A stretch of DNA of 64,000 nt from Desulfatiglandales bacterium (GTDB taxonomy: Bacteria > Desulfobacterota > DSM-4660 > Desulfatiglandales > Desulfatiglandaceae), in NCBI GenBank assembly GCA_963662465.1, contig OY759599.1, positions 4,800,001 through 4,864,000 of the forward strand, in the 5' to 3' direction. Below are positions 47,689 through 58,207 of this stretch, in pieces. The notes beneath the pieces were generated by a model that worked only from the letters and a program-made list of their open reading frames with translations, had not been told where the DNA came from and made no database searches. Within the stretch, counting starts at the first letter, position 1. The number at the start of each line of letters is the position of its first letter. The translations under genes were made by a program, and so were the position numbers.

Positions 47689-48564
47689 ATGATGATCGAT
47701 TTTCATACCCATATCTTTCCTCCCGTAATCAGAGAGAACCGGGAGGATTTTTTTGAAGGTGAGCAGGCCTTTAAAAGCCTGTACAATTCCCCCAAGGCCA
47801 AACTCGCAAGCGTCGAGGACTTGATTGCCGGCATGGACGAAGCGGGCGTTCAAAAGTCCGTGGTTTTTGGCTTTCCCTGGGAAAACGCAGAATATCTCAA
47901 GTTGCACAACGATTATGTGGTTGAGGCTGTAAGGCGGTATCCCCATCGACTGGTGGGCCTGGCCTGTTTCTCCCCCCTTTCCCCCATGGGGGCAACGGAG
48001 GCAAAACGGTGTTTTAATCAAGGACTCTCGGGCGTGGGAGAGCTGGCGGTCTACGGCGCCGGCATAACCGCCCAGGTGGTTCGAGCTTTAGAGCCGGTTA
48101 TGGCCGTATGCCGGGAGCAAAACGGTCTTTTCATGCTGCACACCAACGAACCGGTGGGGCATCAATATCCCGGTAAAACACCCAACACCCTTCGTCAGAT
48201 ATATGATTTTGTCAAGGCCTATCCGGAAAACCGCATTATTCTGGCCCACTGGGGCGGAGGGCTTCCGTTTTATGCCTTGATGAAGAAAGAAGTGAAAAAA
48301 GTGCTTGAAAACGTGTGGTTTGATACGGCTGCATCGCCATTTCTCTACCAACCGGAAATGTACAGGATCGCCGGTGAAGCAGTGGGTTTTGATAAAATAC
48401 TGTTCGGCAGCGATTTTCCCCTGTTAAAGCCACAGCGTTATGTCAAGGAGATCGCCACAGCAGGCCTTACCCCTGAACAGAGGAACCGGATCATGGGATT
48501 AAACGCCGAAACCTTGCTGCAAATTCCGAAATCCGCAATCCGCAATCCCCTCACCCCCCGATAG
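47689..48564 (+). CDS. Amidohydrolase family protein
   Basis: IDFHTH, GVGEL, LAHWGGG, FDTAASP, FGSDFP. Confidence 0.9.
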   Translation: MMIDFHTHIFPPVIRENREDFFEGEQAFKSLYNSPKAKLASVEDLIAGMDEAGVQKSVVFGFPWENAEYLKLHNDYVVEAVRRYPHRLVGLACFSPLSPMGATEAKRCFNQGLSGVGELAVYGAGITAQVVRALEPVMAVCREQNGLFMLHTNEPVGHQYPGKTPNTLRQIYDFVKAYPENRIILAHWGGGLPFYALMKKEVKKVLENVWFDTAASPFLYQPEMYRIAGEAVGFDKILFGSDFPLLKPQRYVKEIATAGLTPEQRNRIMGLNAETLLQIPKSAIRNPLTPR

Positions 48565-49552
48565 CCGACATTCTTCCCGAAAGCGCATCAGCATCTTCCG
48601 AACCCACATGATGCGCACGGGGTTTTTTATCGGCTGCGTCTGCAAAAATTTTCACCAGATCACGGTCCGTAGCCCCTGCCCGCATGGGACCTTTCAAATC
48701 CAATTCCTGGTCGGAAAGCAGGCAGGGCCGCAAATGTCCGTTGGCGGTAAGCCTCAGGCGGTTGCAAACCTGGCAAAAATGGTGGGTCAGGGGGCTGATG
48801 AAGCCGATTTCCCCCGGCGCCCCTTCAAAACGGTATCTCACGGTGGGACCATCAATGGCGGTCCTGGGAATCCGGATCAGCGGTTGCGCCGCTTCAAGCG
48901 CTTCCCGAATGACGGTATTGGATACAAAATGCAAAGGCTCGTTGTGATGAAGAAGGCCGCTGGGCATATATTCAATGTATCGGATATGAAATGGATAGCG
49001 TGCGGACAGCTCGGCAAAATCCGCAACCTCATCGTCATTAATGCCTTTCAGCACGACCATATTAATTTTGATGGGATGAAAGTTCAGTTTATGCGCCAGT
49101 TGAATGCCTTCCCAGACCCGCTCAAACCCGTCGTAGCCGGTAATTCTCCGATACCGGTCCCGATGCAAACTATCGAGGCTGACGTTGATCCGTTTTACAC
49201 CGGCGCCGCGAATGTTTTCCAAATGTTCTTTCAAGAAAATTCCGTTGGTGGTAATGGACAGGTCTTTGAGCCCCGGAAGGGCCATCAATTCGGGCAGCAA
49301 ACGGGGAAAGTCTTTTCTGACGAGGGGTTCACCCCCGGTCAGGCGGATTTTATCCACCCCCAGTCCAACGGCGATTTTGGCCAGACGAAGAATCTCTTCA
49401 TAGGTCAGAATATCTTCATGCCTCAATTTGTCGAGGCCCTCACGGGGCATACAGTAGAGGCATCGAAGGTTGCATCGGTCCGTAATGGAGATGCGAAGGT
49501 AATTAAGGCGTCTCTCGTAGTGATCAATTAAGCAGGGTCGTTTGGTTTCCAT
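48551..49552 (-). CDS. moaA: GTP 3',8-cyclase
   Basis: LRISITDRCNLRCLYC, FCxxCNRLRLT...PCL, C-terminal IGG. Confidence 0.97.
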   Translation of the reverse strand: METKRPCLIDHYERRLNYLRISITDRCNLRCLYCMPREGLDKLRHEDILTYEEILRLAKIAVGLGVDKIRLTGGEPLVRKDFPRLLPELMALPGLKDLSITTNGIFLKEHLENIRGAGVKRINVSLDSLHRDRYRRITGYDGFERVWEGIQLAHKLNFHPIKINMVVLKGINDDEVADFAELSARYPFHIRYIEYMPSGLLHHNEPLHFVSNTVIREALEAAQPLIRIPRTAIDGPTVRYRFEGAPGEIGFISPLTHHFCQVCNRLRLTANGHLRPCLLSDQELDLKGPMRAGATDRDLVKIFADAADKKPRAHHVGSEDADALSGRMSAIGG

Positions 49553-49688
49553 TGAAATCGCTTTTTATTTGGGATATGTTTCATCAGGGTGCATGCACAC
49601 CTTTTCGAATAAGTGTTGCTATCCATATAGGAATGCAAGGGCGGAGTCAACCATAATCCCCGTTCACTGTTTTTATGATTGGAAAACT

Positions 49689-51293
49689 ATGTATACTTCG
49701 TATTTTGGGCTGATGGAAAATCCCTTTACCCTGACCCCTGATCCCCGGTTTCTCTTTTTGAGCCGGCGCCATCGAGAGGCCTTGGCCCATCTACTGTTCG
49801 GGATGGGCGACAAGGGAGGATTTGTATTGCTGACCGGCGAGGTGGGAACGGGAAAGACCACCTTGTGTCGCAGCCTGCTGGAACAGATTCCCGAAGAAGT
49901 TGAGATTGCATTGGTTTTGAATCCCAAACAAACTTCCCTGGAACTGGTGGCATCTATCTGCGACGAACTGAAGGTTTCCTACCCGAATCCGGCACAGAGC
50001 CTCAAGGTACTCATTGATCACTTAAATCGTCATCTGCTGGATATCCACGCCAAAGGGCGAAGGACCGTGGTAATTATTGACGAAGCACAAAACCTCGGCA
50101 TAGAGGTACTGGAACAGGTGCGATTGCTGACCAACCTGGAAACCACCACCCGGAAACTGCTGCAGATTCTACTCATCGGCCAGCCCGAACTCCAGAGTAT
50201 GATGGCCAAGCCGGAATTGCGCCAGCTAGGTCAACGGATTACAGCCCGTTATCACCTTGCACCCCTGTTGCCGGAAGAAACAGCTGCCTATATTGAACAT
50301 CGCCTTGAGGTGGCAGGGTGTAAACGCCCGTTGTTCACTCAGCGGACACTCAGCCTCATACACCGATTGTCCGGAGGGATTCCCCGGCTAATCAATACCA
50401 TCTGCGACCGCGCCCTGCTAGGGGCCTACGGCCAAAAACGCATGGTGGTCAATCGGGGGTTGGCCCGCCAGGCTGCCGCTGAAGTGATGGGTAAAAAAGC
50501 GCTGATTCGGGATTCAAGCATTAAGTCCTGGGCTTTAGTGCCTCTGTTATTGATCCTCCTCGGGGCCGGATGGGTTTTCCTTCAGGGCCCGAAACCCTAT
50601 CCATGGGGAGCACCATGGGACAGTGATCCGGAAAAGGCCGCAAATCAGAGTACCAAAAGGACGCCAAAAACCCTTGAGGACGTGTTTAAGGGTAACGATG
50701 ACAAGACCCACAGGCAAAGCTCCTTTAAATCCCTACTGAAGTACTGGGGATTGACCTATCCGGCCCTATCCGGCATGAACCTTTGTGAATGGGCGCCCAG
50801 GGTCGGTTATCGCTGTTACAGCGACCGGGGAAACTGGACCACCCTGAAACATTTGAATCGCCCTGCGATTCTGGAACTGATCGACGGTAAGGGACGACGG
50901 CATTATGTAACCGCCATACTCATCGAAGACCGGAAAGTACTCCTGGATCTGGGAGATCAGCAAATGTCCCTGTCCAAAGCTGATCTGGACCCCTTCTGGT
51001 TCGGAGATTTTACCTTGATCTGGAAACCGCCGCCCATCAAAAGCGCGATCCTCAAAAAAGGAGATTCAGGTCCTGATGTACACTGGTTAAAGGACCAGTT
51101 AAATCGCATGGAAGGAATGCGTCCTCTGCCTGAGGAAACGGATAAGGCTGTTTTTGACGATCTTCTGGAACAACGGGTCATGAATTTTCAACGCTCCTGT
51201 GCCGTGAAAGCGGACGGCATTGTGGGAGAACAGACCCTGATCCAGTTGATGAAAGCGGAGCGAGATTCGCTTCCGCCTATTTTGAACCATTGA
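49689..51293 (+). CDS. exeA: ExeA/GspA AAA ATPase with peptidoglycan-binding domain
   Basis: YFGL.ENPF, GEVGTGKT, IIDEAQNL, GQPEL, GGIPRLIN, TM, DGIVGEQT. Confidence 0.92.
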   Translation: MYTSYFGLMENPFTLTPDPRFLFLSRRHREALAHLLFGMGDKGGFVLLTGEVGTGKTTLCRSLLEQIPEEVEIALVLNPKQTSLELVASICDELKVSYPNPAQSLKVLIDHLNRHLLDIHAKGRRTVVIIDEAQNLGIEVLEQVRLLTNLETTTRKLLQILLIGQPELQSMMAKPELRQLGQRITARYHLAPLLPEETAAYIEHRLEVAGCKRPLFTQRTLSLIHRLSGGIPRLINTICDRALLGAYGQKRMVVNRGLARQAAAEVMGKKALIRDSSIKSWALVPLLLILLGAGWVFLQGPKPYPWGAPWDSDPEKAANQSTKRTPKTLEDVFKGNDDKTHRQSSFKSLLKYWGLTYPALSGMNLCEWAPRVGYRCYSDRGNWTTLKHLNRPAILELIDGKGRRHYVTAILIEDRKVLLDLGDQQMSLSKADLDPFWFGDFTLIWKPPPIKSAILKKGDSGPDVHWLKDQLNRMEGMRPLPEETDKAVFDDLLEQRVMNFQRSCAVKADGIVGEQTLIQLMKAERDSLPPILNH

Positions 51294-51318
51294 GACCCAG
51301 TAGCCGGAAGGAACCCTT

Positions 51319-52137
51319 ATGTCGTTGATTCTTGACGCCCTGAAACGCGCTGACCGGGAGCGAAAACTTAAACAGGCCCCTGATCTGAGCGCCATCTATG
51401 AGGAAGAACATTTGAACCGCCGCAAATTCTATTCCTGGTTTGCCGGCGCTTCGCTGGTCGCTTTGGCGGTTCTGGCTTTTATATTCTGGCCGAAAGAACC
51501 CTTGATGGGGAAGTTCAGAGATAAAGCGCCGGAAAATGCCATGAAAGCTTCTGCCCAGGTACAGCAGCTTTCGCCCGAAAACCCGTCCAAACAGCTGCCG
51601 GTTGTTGAAAAACCCGTCATTCCGCCGCCCGCTTCCGATGATCAAAACAAACAACCGAAGGCAAAGCAAAAGAGTGATTTTCCCAATGAACAACCGCCGA
51701 AACTTCCGGAAAACGGCAAGCAAACTCCCTCAACAGAAATTTCCCAGGTAAAAGATTCCGGGACAGCCATTGCCGTCAGACCCCCACCCGATAACGGGGG
51801 AAACCGAAAAAAACTTGCTGCGCAACCGGTGAAACAATTTGTAACACCTGGGCAAACAAAAGATCATTCAACAGTTTCCGAAACACCGCTAAAAGAAGCG
51901 CCCCCCTCAATCGATACGCTTCCGGAAGAAATTAAAACGCTTCTGGAACCATTGGAGATCAATGTCCACATGTATTCCATCAAACCTTCGGAACGTCGGG
52001 TTTTTATAAACATGCACGGCTACCGAGAAGGAGACACCATTGGGGAAACCGGTTTTCGGTTGACGGAAATCACATCAAACGGGGTTGTCATCAATTACGG
52101 GGAAGGGAAAGCGGTGTTGGGCATTAAGCAGAAATGA
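51319..52137 (+). CDS. exeB: ExeB/GspB
   Basis: MSLILDALKRADRER, TM, Pro-rich linker, HMYS...RRVFIN...EGD. Confidence 0.9.
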   Translation: MSLILDALKRADRERKLKQAPDLSAIYEEEHLNRRKFYSWFAGASLVALAVLAFIFWPKEPLMGKFRDKAPENAMKASAQVQQLSPENPSKQLPVVEKPVIPPPASDDQNKQPKAKQKSDFPNEQPPKLPENGKQTPSTEISQVKDSGTAIAVRPPPDNGGNRKKLAAQPVKQFVTPGQTKDHSTVSETPLKEAPPSIDTLPEEIKTLLEPLEINVHMYSIKPSERRVFINMHGYREGDTIGETGFRLTEITSNGVVINYGEGKAVLGIKQK

Positions 52138-52150
52138 GTGAAACCTCTAA

Positions 52151-52216
52151 CAGGGGGCAGGGGACAGTTGTCAGGGGACAGGTCTCCCGCATTCTGCACC
52201 CTGACAACTGCACCCT
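52151..52216. repeat. Inverted heptamer arrays forming a long hairpin between convergent genes
   Basis: CAGGGGACAGTTGTCAGGGGACAG ... CTGCACCCTGACAACTGCACCCT. Confidence 0.7.
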
Positions 52217-52224
52217 ATAAACGG

Positions 52225-54279
52225 TTACGCCTGATCATAGTGGCTGAACTGCATGGAAAAGGTCCCTCTCCCCTGGGAAGCGGATCGCAGGGCCGTTGAA
52301 TAGCCGAACATCTTTGACAGGGGAACATTGGCCGTCAGAACCTGGGTGGTCCCCTTGTTTACAATCTGGGTGATTTTTCCCTGACGGGCATTTAAATCGC
52401 CGATCACCTCGCCCATGAATGCCTCGGGCACCAGCACTTCCGTTTTCATGATCGGTTCGAGAAGTATGGGCGCCGCTTTCAGAAAAGCCTGTTTGAAGGC
52501 CATATTGGCGGCAACCCTGAAGGCCATGGCATCAGAGGACGGCTCCTTTATCTGAATGTCCAGCAGGGTGGTCCGTAGGTCAATCACCGGATAACCCATC
52601 AAGGCGCCGCCGGTTTCAGCTTCAGCAATACCCTGGCTGATGGCCTTCAGAAATTCCTCGGTGAGTCCCTCAGTCTTGCAATGGTCTATAAATTCGTTGC
52701 TGCTGCCTCTATTAAGGGGAGATACTTCAATTTTAACCCCCGCAAAATGCTGTTGACCTCCCAGTTCCCTTTGGAATATTTCCTCATGGATTATAGGAAT
52801 GGTCACGGTTTCCCGATAAACCACCTGGGGTTTCCCCTGGTTGATTTCAACGGAAAATTCCCGTTTGAGTCTTTCGGTCAGGATTTCCAGGTGCAATTCA
52901 CCCATACCTGAAATGAGGGTTTGGCCCGTGTCTTCGTCTATTCTGGTTTTAAAGGTCGGATCTTCATCGGCAAGCTTTTGCAGTGCATCCATAAGTCGGT
53001 CATGGCCTTGAACATTTTTGGGCTCTACCGCCACGCTGATGACCGGTTCATTAAACTGTATGGGTTCAAGCAGGATCGGGGCTTCTTCCGTGCAGAGGGT
53101 ATCGCCGGTGGTCGTGAGTTTCAGACCCATCGATGCCACGATATCCCCGGCTGACGCCTGATCGATGCGTTCCCGTTTATTAGCGTGCATCTTCAAAAGA
53201 CGCGCCGGCTTTTCTTTGATGTTTTTTCCCGGGTTAAAAACCGTTTCCCCGGCTTTCAAGGTCCCGGAATAAATCCGGAGATAGGTCATCTTTCTGCCCT
53301 GATCCATCATGACTTTAAACGCCAGAGCTGAAAGGGGCCCCTTGGCTTTGGCCGGGCGCGTTTCCGGCTCGCCGGTAACCGGATGGATGCCCGCGATGGG
53401 GGGAACATCCAGGGGTGATGGCAGGTAGTCCACGATGCCGTCCAAAAGGGGTTGAATGCCCTTGTTTCGCAGGGCTGTTCCGCAAAAAACGGGAACCAGG
53501 GCCATTTTCATGGCGGCATTCCGAATGGCCTCTTTCAGTTCCTGAACCGGGATTTCTTCTTCGGAAAGGTATTTTTCCATAACCCGATCATCGTTGTCCG
53601 CCAGGGTTTCCAGAAGCTGTTCCCTGTACCTGGAAGCCTCTTCGGCCATTTCTTCGGGAATGGGGATGGTGCGGTGTTCCGAGCCAAGGGTGTCGTCTTC
53701 CCACAGAATGGCCTCCATCTCAACAAGGTCAATGATCCCTTTGAGTTGATCCTCGGCGCCCCAGGGGATCTGAAGGACAAGGGGATGGGCATCAAGACGC
53801 GTTTCCATCATCTCCACGACCCTGGAAAAGTCAGCGCCCACCCGGTCCAGCTTGTTGATAAAGGCAATTTTGGGCACCCGGTAGCGATCCGCCTGCCGCC
53901 AGACCGTCTCGGATTGGGGTTCCACGCCGCCCACGGCGCAAAAAACACCGACGGCGCCGTCCAGTACGCGGAGAGAACGCTCAACCTCAATGGTAAAGTC
54001 CACGTGTCCGGGCGTATCGATGATGTTGACGGTGCATCCACGCCACTGACAGGATGTGACGGCGGAGGTAATGGTAATGCCCCTTTCTTTTTCTTCCGCC
54101 ATCCAGTCCATGGTGGCTTCACCATCATGGACTTCGCCCATTTTATGGACGCGACCGGAATAATAAAGGATACGCTCCGTTACGGTGGTTTTTCCCGCAT
54201 CGATGTGGGCGATAATGCCCAGGTTTCGGGTTTTGCTCAGTTTTATGGCTTGCGGTGTCGGCATGGATGTGATCACCAT
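52225..54279 (-). CDS. fusA: Elongation factor G paralog (stand-alone)
   Basis: [33 protein letters not shown]; not in the rpsL-rpsG-tuf context; promoter TTGACA-17-TAAATT at 54363-54335. Confidence 0.93.
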   Translation of the reverse strand: MVITSMPTPQAIKLSKTRNLGIIAHIDAGKTTVTERILYYSGRVHKMGEVHDGEATMDWMAEEKERGITITSAVTSCQWRGCTVNIIDTPGHVDFTIEVERSLRVLDGAVGVFCAVGGVEPQSETVWRQADRYRVPKIAFINKLDRVGADFSRVVEMMETRLDAHPLVLQIPWGAEDQLKGIIDLVEMEAILWEDDTLGSEHRTIPIPEEMAEEASRYREQLLETLADNDDRVMEKYLSEEEIPVQELKEAIRNAAMKMALVPVFCGTALRNKGIQPLLDGIVDYLPSPLDVPPIAGIHPVTGEPETRPAKAKGPLSALAFKVMMDQGRKMTYLRIYSGTLKAGETVFNPGKNIKEKPARLLKMHANKRERIDQASAGDIVASMGLKLTTTGDTLCTEEAPILLEPIQFNEPVISVAVEPKNVQGHDRLMDALQKLADEDPTFKTRIDEDTGQTLISGMGELHLEILTERLKREFSVEINQGKPQVVYRETVTIPIIHEEIFQRELGGQQHFAGVKIEVSPLNRGSSNEFIDHCKTEGLTEEFLKAISQGIAEAETGGALMGYPVIDLRTTLLDIQIKEPSSDAMAFRVAANMAFKQAFLKAAPILLEPIMKTEVLVPEAFMGEVIGDLNARQGKITQIVNKGTTQVLTANVPLSKMFGYSTALRSASQGRGTFSMQFSHYDQA

Positions 54280-54379
54280 TCAAAAACGTTCTTGTTAACG
54301 GCGGGCTCACAGGCCCGCCCCATATGATGAGCGAAATTTAAGGGATATAGACTCAGGTGTCAAGATATAAGATATCCGC

Positions 54380-55093
54380 TCACGGTTTTTCCACCAGCAG
54401 GAAACGATTCGGTTTCAGCCGTGCAAATATGGTGGCGCCGGGACAGGGCGCCACCAGTTTTTTCTTGAAGTCACTTCCCAGAATCTGAAACAGCTCGACG
54501 CAGCAGGAACAGAGATGGGCGCTTTGGTCGATGGAGTAGGGAATTATGCCGTCGGGTGTTTCAATGAAAAATTTTGGCGCTATGAAGTTGGCATGGTTGG
54601 CGGTGTGGGTCAGGTAAAGTTGATTGTAATCCCGGACGGATGAGCCTAACCTCTTGGCCCATCTCAGGTATATCCTTTTTTCAATTTCTTCCACCTGCGA
54701 CCACTGGGCCGGCATTCTTTCCTTAAGACGGAAATCATTCAAAAGGCCCTGCTTTTCAGCCGGTGAGGCCGGCTGCGGGAGCTGGAAATCAGATTCGGTA
54801 ATCACGGCTGCTTTTTCGGTTTCAAAACCATCCAGCTCAAATGCACTGATGATCAGGTATAACCCGTTTTTTTCGGAGGTTCGATACCAGCTCCCTTGCC
54901 TGCCGCAGGTATCATCCCAGACTTCGGGGGCAACGCTCGTGATTTTATTGATCCTGTCAAGGGGGGTGCAAACAATTCCCTTGGCGTATTTTAATTTGAG
55001 TCCTCGATGTTCAAGAACGGTTTTCAGTTGGGATTCCCGATCCCGGGTTAACCAATAAATATGTTTTTGATAGGGTCCAGTTGGTTTTGACAT
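54380..55093 (-). CDS. Hypothetical Cys-containing protein
   Basis: RBS AGGAG; HLCSCC and PCPG motifs. Confidence 0.7.
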   Translation of the reverse strand: MSKPTGPYQKHIYWLTRDRESQLKTVLEHRGLKLKYAKGIVCTPLDRINKITSVAPEVWDDTCGRQGSWYRTSEKNGLYLIISAFELDGFETEKAAVITESDFQLPQPASPAEKQGLLNDFRLKERMPAQWSQVEEIEKRIYLRWAKRLGSSVRDYNQLYLTHTANHANFIAPKFFIETPDGIIPYSIDQSAHLCSCCVELFQILGSDFKKKLVAPCPGATIFARLKPNRFLLVEKP

Positions 55094-55371
55094 GGTTTAA
55101 ACTCCTAAGGCGGCAAGCCGCAATTTTAAGATTTGGATTTCAACTTTTTCCGCGCCGGCGAATTGATGATAAAAAAAATATATCGTAGACTTTTTTCAAT
55201 CCTCCGGTATAATGAGAAAAAAATGAATGAAGGTGTTTTCGCTATCCTGCCAAATTCAGCCGAAAAAATCAAAGCCCGATTTATCTTGTCAATCATAACG
55301 ATTTTGCTTTTAATAACGCGATGCGAGATTATGACAAACCCATCAAAATTGAAAAACAGGAGAATAGGAAG

Positions 55372-55938
55372 ATGGGGGAAAAACTGATTCGAAAATTCCA
55401 TTTGAAGCAATTCAAGGCCATCAGTGAGGCCATTTCAACCTACGACGACTTGAATTTACTCGTCAAGCATCTGGCTGAAGGAACAGCCCTCACCTTTGAA
55501 GCAAAAGGGTGCTGCATTATGGTCCTGGACGAAAGAGAAAAGCAGCTCTTTCCCCTGGGCAGTTTTGGAATCAGTGAAAAATACCTGGAAAAAGGTCCCT
55601 TGTTTGTTAATGAAAAATGGTCTGCCTTCGTCACCGGAAAGCCTGAAATCATCCATGATTTAAACCACAATCCCCGCATCCAGTATCCCCAATATGCTGC
55701 GGAAGAAGGAATTGCCGCCATGTTGACGGCGCCCATTATTTCGCGTGTCTCGGTGATGGGCCTTATCAGAATTTATTTTGGGGAACCCAAGCATGTTCAC
55801 GAAGAAGACGTGGATTCATTGCGTGTCTTGGGCAAGCTGCTGGGCCTTGCCATCGAGAACCATGGCATCAAGAATTTTGTGGAAGGGGTCAAAATAGCCA
55901 TGGGAAGTCTTCCCCTGAGGATGCTGGAAGGACTCTAG
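55372..55938 (+). CDS. GAF domain protein
   Basis: KGCCIMVLD, SEKYLEKGP, QYP..A.EEGI...L..PI; start MGEK after RBS. Confidence 0.85.
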   Translation: MGEKLIRKFHLKQFKAISEAISTYDDLNLLVKHLAEGTALTFEAKGCCIMVLDEREKQLFPLGSFGISEKYLEKGPLFVNEKWSAFVTGKPEIIHDLNHNPRIQYPQYAAEEGIAAMLTAPIISRVSVMGLIRIYFGEPKHVHEEDVDSLRVLGKLLGLAIENHGIKNFVEGVKIAMGSLPLRMLEGL

Positions 55939-55941
55939 TCC

Positions 55942-56844
55942 ATGACGATTCGGCAATTTGAGGACACAACGGATTTTTTCCAGATCGACAGCGGTGATGA
56001 GATTCATATTGGGGGCAGATGTTTTTCGGTTCTCCGCAATGAGCGTGAGCGGCGGTTCGCCATGGATGACCCCAAATATTGGGTGAAAAGGGTGGTGGAC
56101 CGGGAAACGGGCGCACGGATGATACTGAAGTTGACCTTTTTTGAATCGTTTATCACCACCATCGGAAGCGTTAAAATCAACCGTTTCAGAAATCCCAAAA
56201 AGGAAGGGGATATCCTTAACCTGGTCAAAGGCCATCCGCATTTTATGCAGGGGACCGTTTTTCACGACATTAAGGGAAATAATGTACGCGCCCTGGACAT
56301 CGTGAACGGACCGAATCTTTTTGTGTACCTGGATTCCCTGAATATCGGCCATGAAGAATATTTTCACAATATCGTCCCGGGAATTCTGGCCAAGCTTCTG
56401 GATGCCTTCAAGGCCATTTTGTTTTTGCATCAGAATGGATTTAAACATGGCGACATTCGAAATGACCACCTGATCATTGAAAAGGAAACGGGAAATTACG
56501 TCTGGATCGATTTTGATTATGATTACGAAACCAAGGAAAATCCCTTCAGCCTGGATATTTTCGGCGTCGGCAATATTTTGCTCTATGCCATCGGCAAGGG
56601 CATTCATACCTACTCGATGATTTCCCACTGTCCCAATGTGTATGGGGATGCTAAAAACAGGATTAATGCCGAAGATTATTCGATTCTGGATAAAGGGAGG
56701 TTGGTGAATCTTCAAAAAATATACCCCTATATCCCCCCCTTGCTCAATGAGATTCTATTGCACTTTTCAAGGGGGGCCAATGTGTATTACGAATCCATCA
56801 ACGAAATTATTGATAATGTCAACTGGTATCTTTTGTCGTTATAA
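55942..56844 (+). CDS. Atypical Ser/Thr protein kinase-like protein
   Basis: ILKL lysine, HGDIRNDH catalytic loop, WIDFD, DIFGVG. Confidence 0.82.
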   Translation: MTIRQFEDTTDFFQIDSGDEIHIGGRCFSVLRNERERRFAMDDPKYWVKRVVDRETGARMILKLTFFESFITTIGSVKINRFRNPKKEGDILNLVKGHPHFMQGTVFHDIKGNNVRALDIVNGPNLFVYLDSLNIGHEEYFHNIVPGILAKLLDAFKAILFLHQNGFKHGDIRNDHLIIEKETGNYVWIDFDYDYETKENPFSLDIFGVGNILLYAIGKGIHTYSMISHCPNVYGDAKNRINAEDYSILDKGRLVNLQKIYPYIPPLLNEILLHFSRGANVYYESINEIIDNVNWYLLSL

Positions 56845-56899
56845 TCTTGAGGCGCATATCCATTTTTTGCGGTGCATATAAAATTCAGGGAGGATTGCC

Positions 56900-57379
56900 T
56901 TGAACAAATCCATACTGGTCGCAATAAGCGATTCGATAGGTTCCCGCGCTGTGTTGAAAGGGATAGAGGCCATATTCCTTCATGATGAGAGCGTTAACAT
57001 AACCCTCTTTCACATTTTCAGGCAGCCCTCCGCAAGTTCGGAACTGATGGGGAAAAAATTCACGGAAAAAGAGGCAAAACGGAGAATGAGCATCCTTTTG
57101 CAGGCCAAAAGACGTCTGGAGGAAAGCGGCTTTCACCCGGACAAAATTGAAACGTTGCTGGCTTCCGAGCCCTATCCCACCGTGGCCGACGGCATCATCG
57201 ACCAGCAAAGAAAGGGCCATTACGACATAATCGTCATCGGCAGAAAAAAGATGTCCAAAGCCGAGGAATTTGTCATGGGAGATGTCAGCGTAAAACTGGT
57301 GAGGACCATTGAAGACGCTTCCATCCTGGTGGTAAAATCCGGAAAAAAGACAAGCAAGCGTCAAGGGGAAAATAAATAA
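56900..57379 (+). CDS. Universal stress protein
   Basis: ILVA, ITLFHI, YDIIVIGR, MGDVSVKLV. Confidence 0.88.
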   Translation: MNKSILVAISDSIGSRAVLKGIEAIFLHDESVNITLFHIFRQPSASSELMGKKFTEKEAKRRMSILLQAKRRLEESGFHPDKIETLLASEPYPTVADGIIDQQRKGHYDIIVIGRKKMSKAEEFVMGDVSVKLVRTIEDASILVVKSGKKTSKRQGENK

Positions 57380-57380
57380 G

Positions 57381-58151
57381 TTGGATGTTGAACATCTGAA
57401 AGAAATCCTTGAGCAGGTTCAAAAGGGACGCAGCAGTGTCGCCTCAGCCTTGGACCAGCTCAAAAAACTGCCATATGAGGATATCGGTTTCGCGAAAATC
57501 GATCATCATCGCAGTCTCCGCACCGGCGCGCCTGAAGTAATTTATTGTGAAGGAAAAAGCGTTTTGCAGATCATCGGCATTGCCAAACGAATGGCGGAAC
57601 ACCATTGTAATATTCTGGGCACACGCGTTACAGGAGAAATTTTTGAAACCATTCAAAAGGAGTTCGAGGATTGTCGATATTATGATGTGGCGCGGATGGT
57701 GGTTTTCCAGCCCCGCCCTGTTTTAAAAAAAGGCCGAATCGCCGTGGTATGCGCCGGGACCTCGGATATTCCCATTGCGGAGGAAGCTTGCGTAACAGCG
57801 GAAATTCTGGGCAACAATGTATCCAGGGTATTTGATGTGGGCGTCGCGGGCATTCACAGACTTCTGGCTTCATGCCGGGATATCTTTGATGCCAATGTGG
57901 CGGTTGTGGTGGCGGGCATGGAAGGGGCCCTGGCCAGCGTGGTGGGGGGAATGGTTTCCTGCCCGGTCATCGGCGTACCCACCAGCGTAGGATACGGCGC
58001 CAGCTTCGGCGGCGTCGCGGCATTGCTCAGCATGCTTAACAGTTGTGCCTCGGGCGTCAGCGTGGTCAACATTGATAACGGCTTCGGGGCCGGCTACCAG
58101 GCCGGCTTGATCAACAAAATCGCGGTTGGCAACGACCGGGGGACATTATAA
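57381..58151 (+). CDS. larB: Nickel pincer cofactor biosynthesis protein (PurE-like)
   Basis: DHHR..RTG.PE, AGTSD, DVGVAGIHR, AGMEGAL, PTSVGYG, NIDNGFGA. Confidence 0.93.
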   Translation: MDVEHLKEILEQVQKGRSSVASALDQLKKLPYEDIGFAKIDHHRSLRTGAPEVIYCEGKSVLQIIGIAKRMAEHHCNILGTRVTGEIFETIQKEFEDCRYYDVARMVVFQPRPVLKKGRIAVVCAGTSDIPIAEEACVTAEILGNNVSRVFDVGVAGIHRLLASCRDIFDANVAVVVAGMEGALASVVGGMVSCPVIGVPTSVGYGASFGGVAALLSMLNSCASGVSVVNIDNGFGAGYQAGLINKIAVGNDRGTL

Positions 58152-58207
58152 AAAAAGGTTCCCCAAAGGCGTTTCGATTTTGCCCCCCCTAAGCGGCTGT
58201 TTATCTT

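Noticed and set aside
55187..55196. Another AGACTTTTTT copy as an IS scar
   Set aside because: Single low-complexity copy with no TIRs; it overlaps a plausible -35 box (TAGACT-16-TATAAT)
43318..56715. Long antisense ORFs (e.g. 43318-44133, 48608-49531, 53452-54327, 55816-56715)
   Set aside because: Shadow frames opposite well-supported genes, with no recognisable motifs
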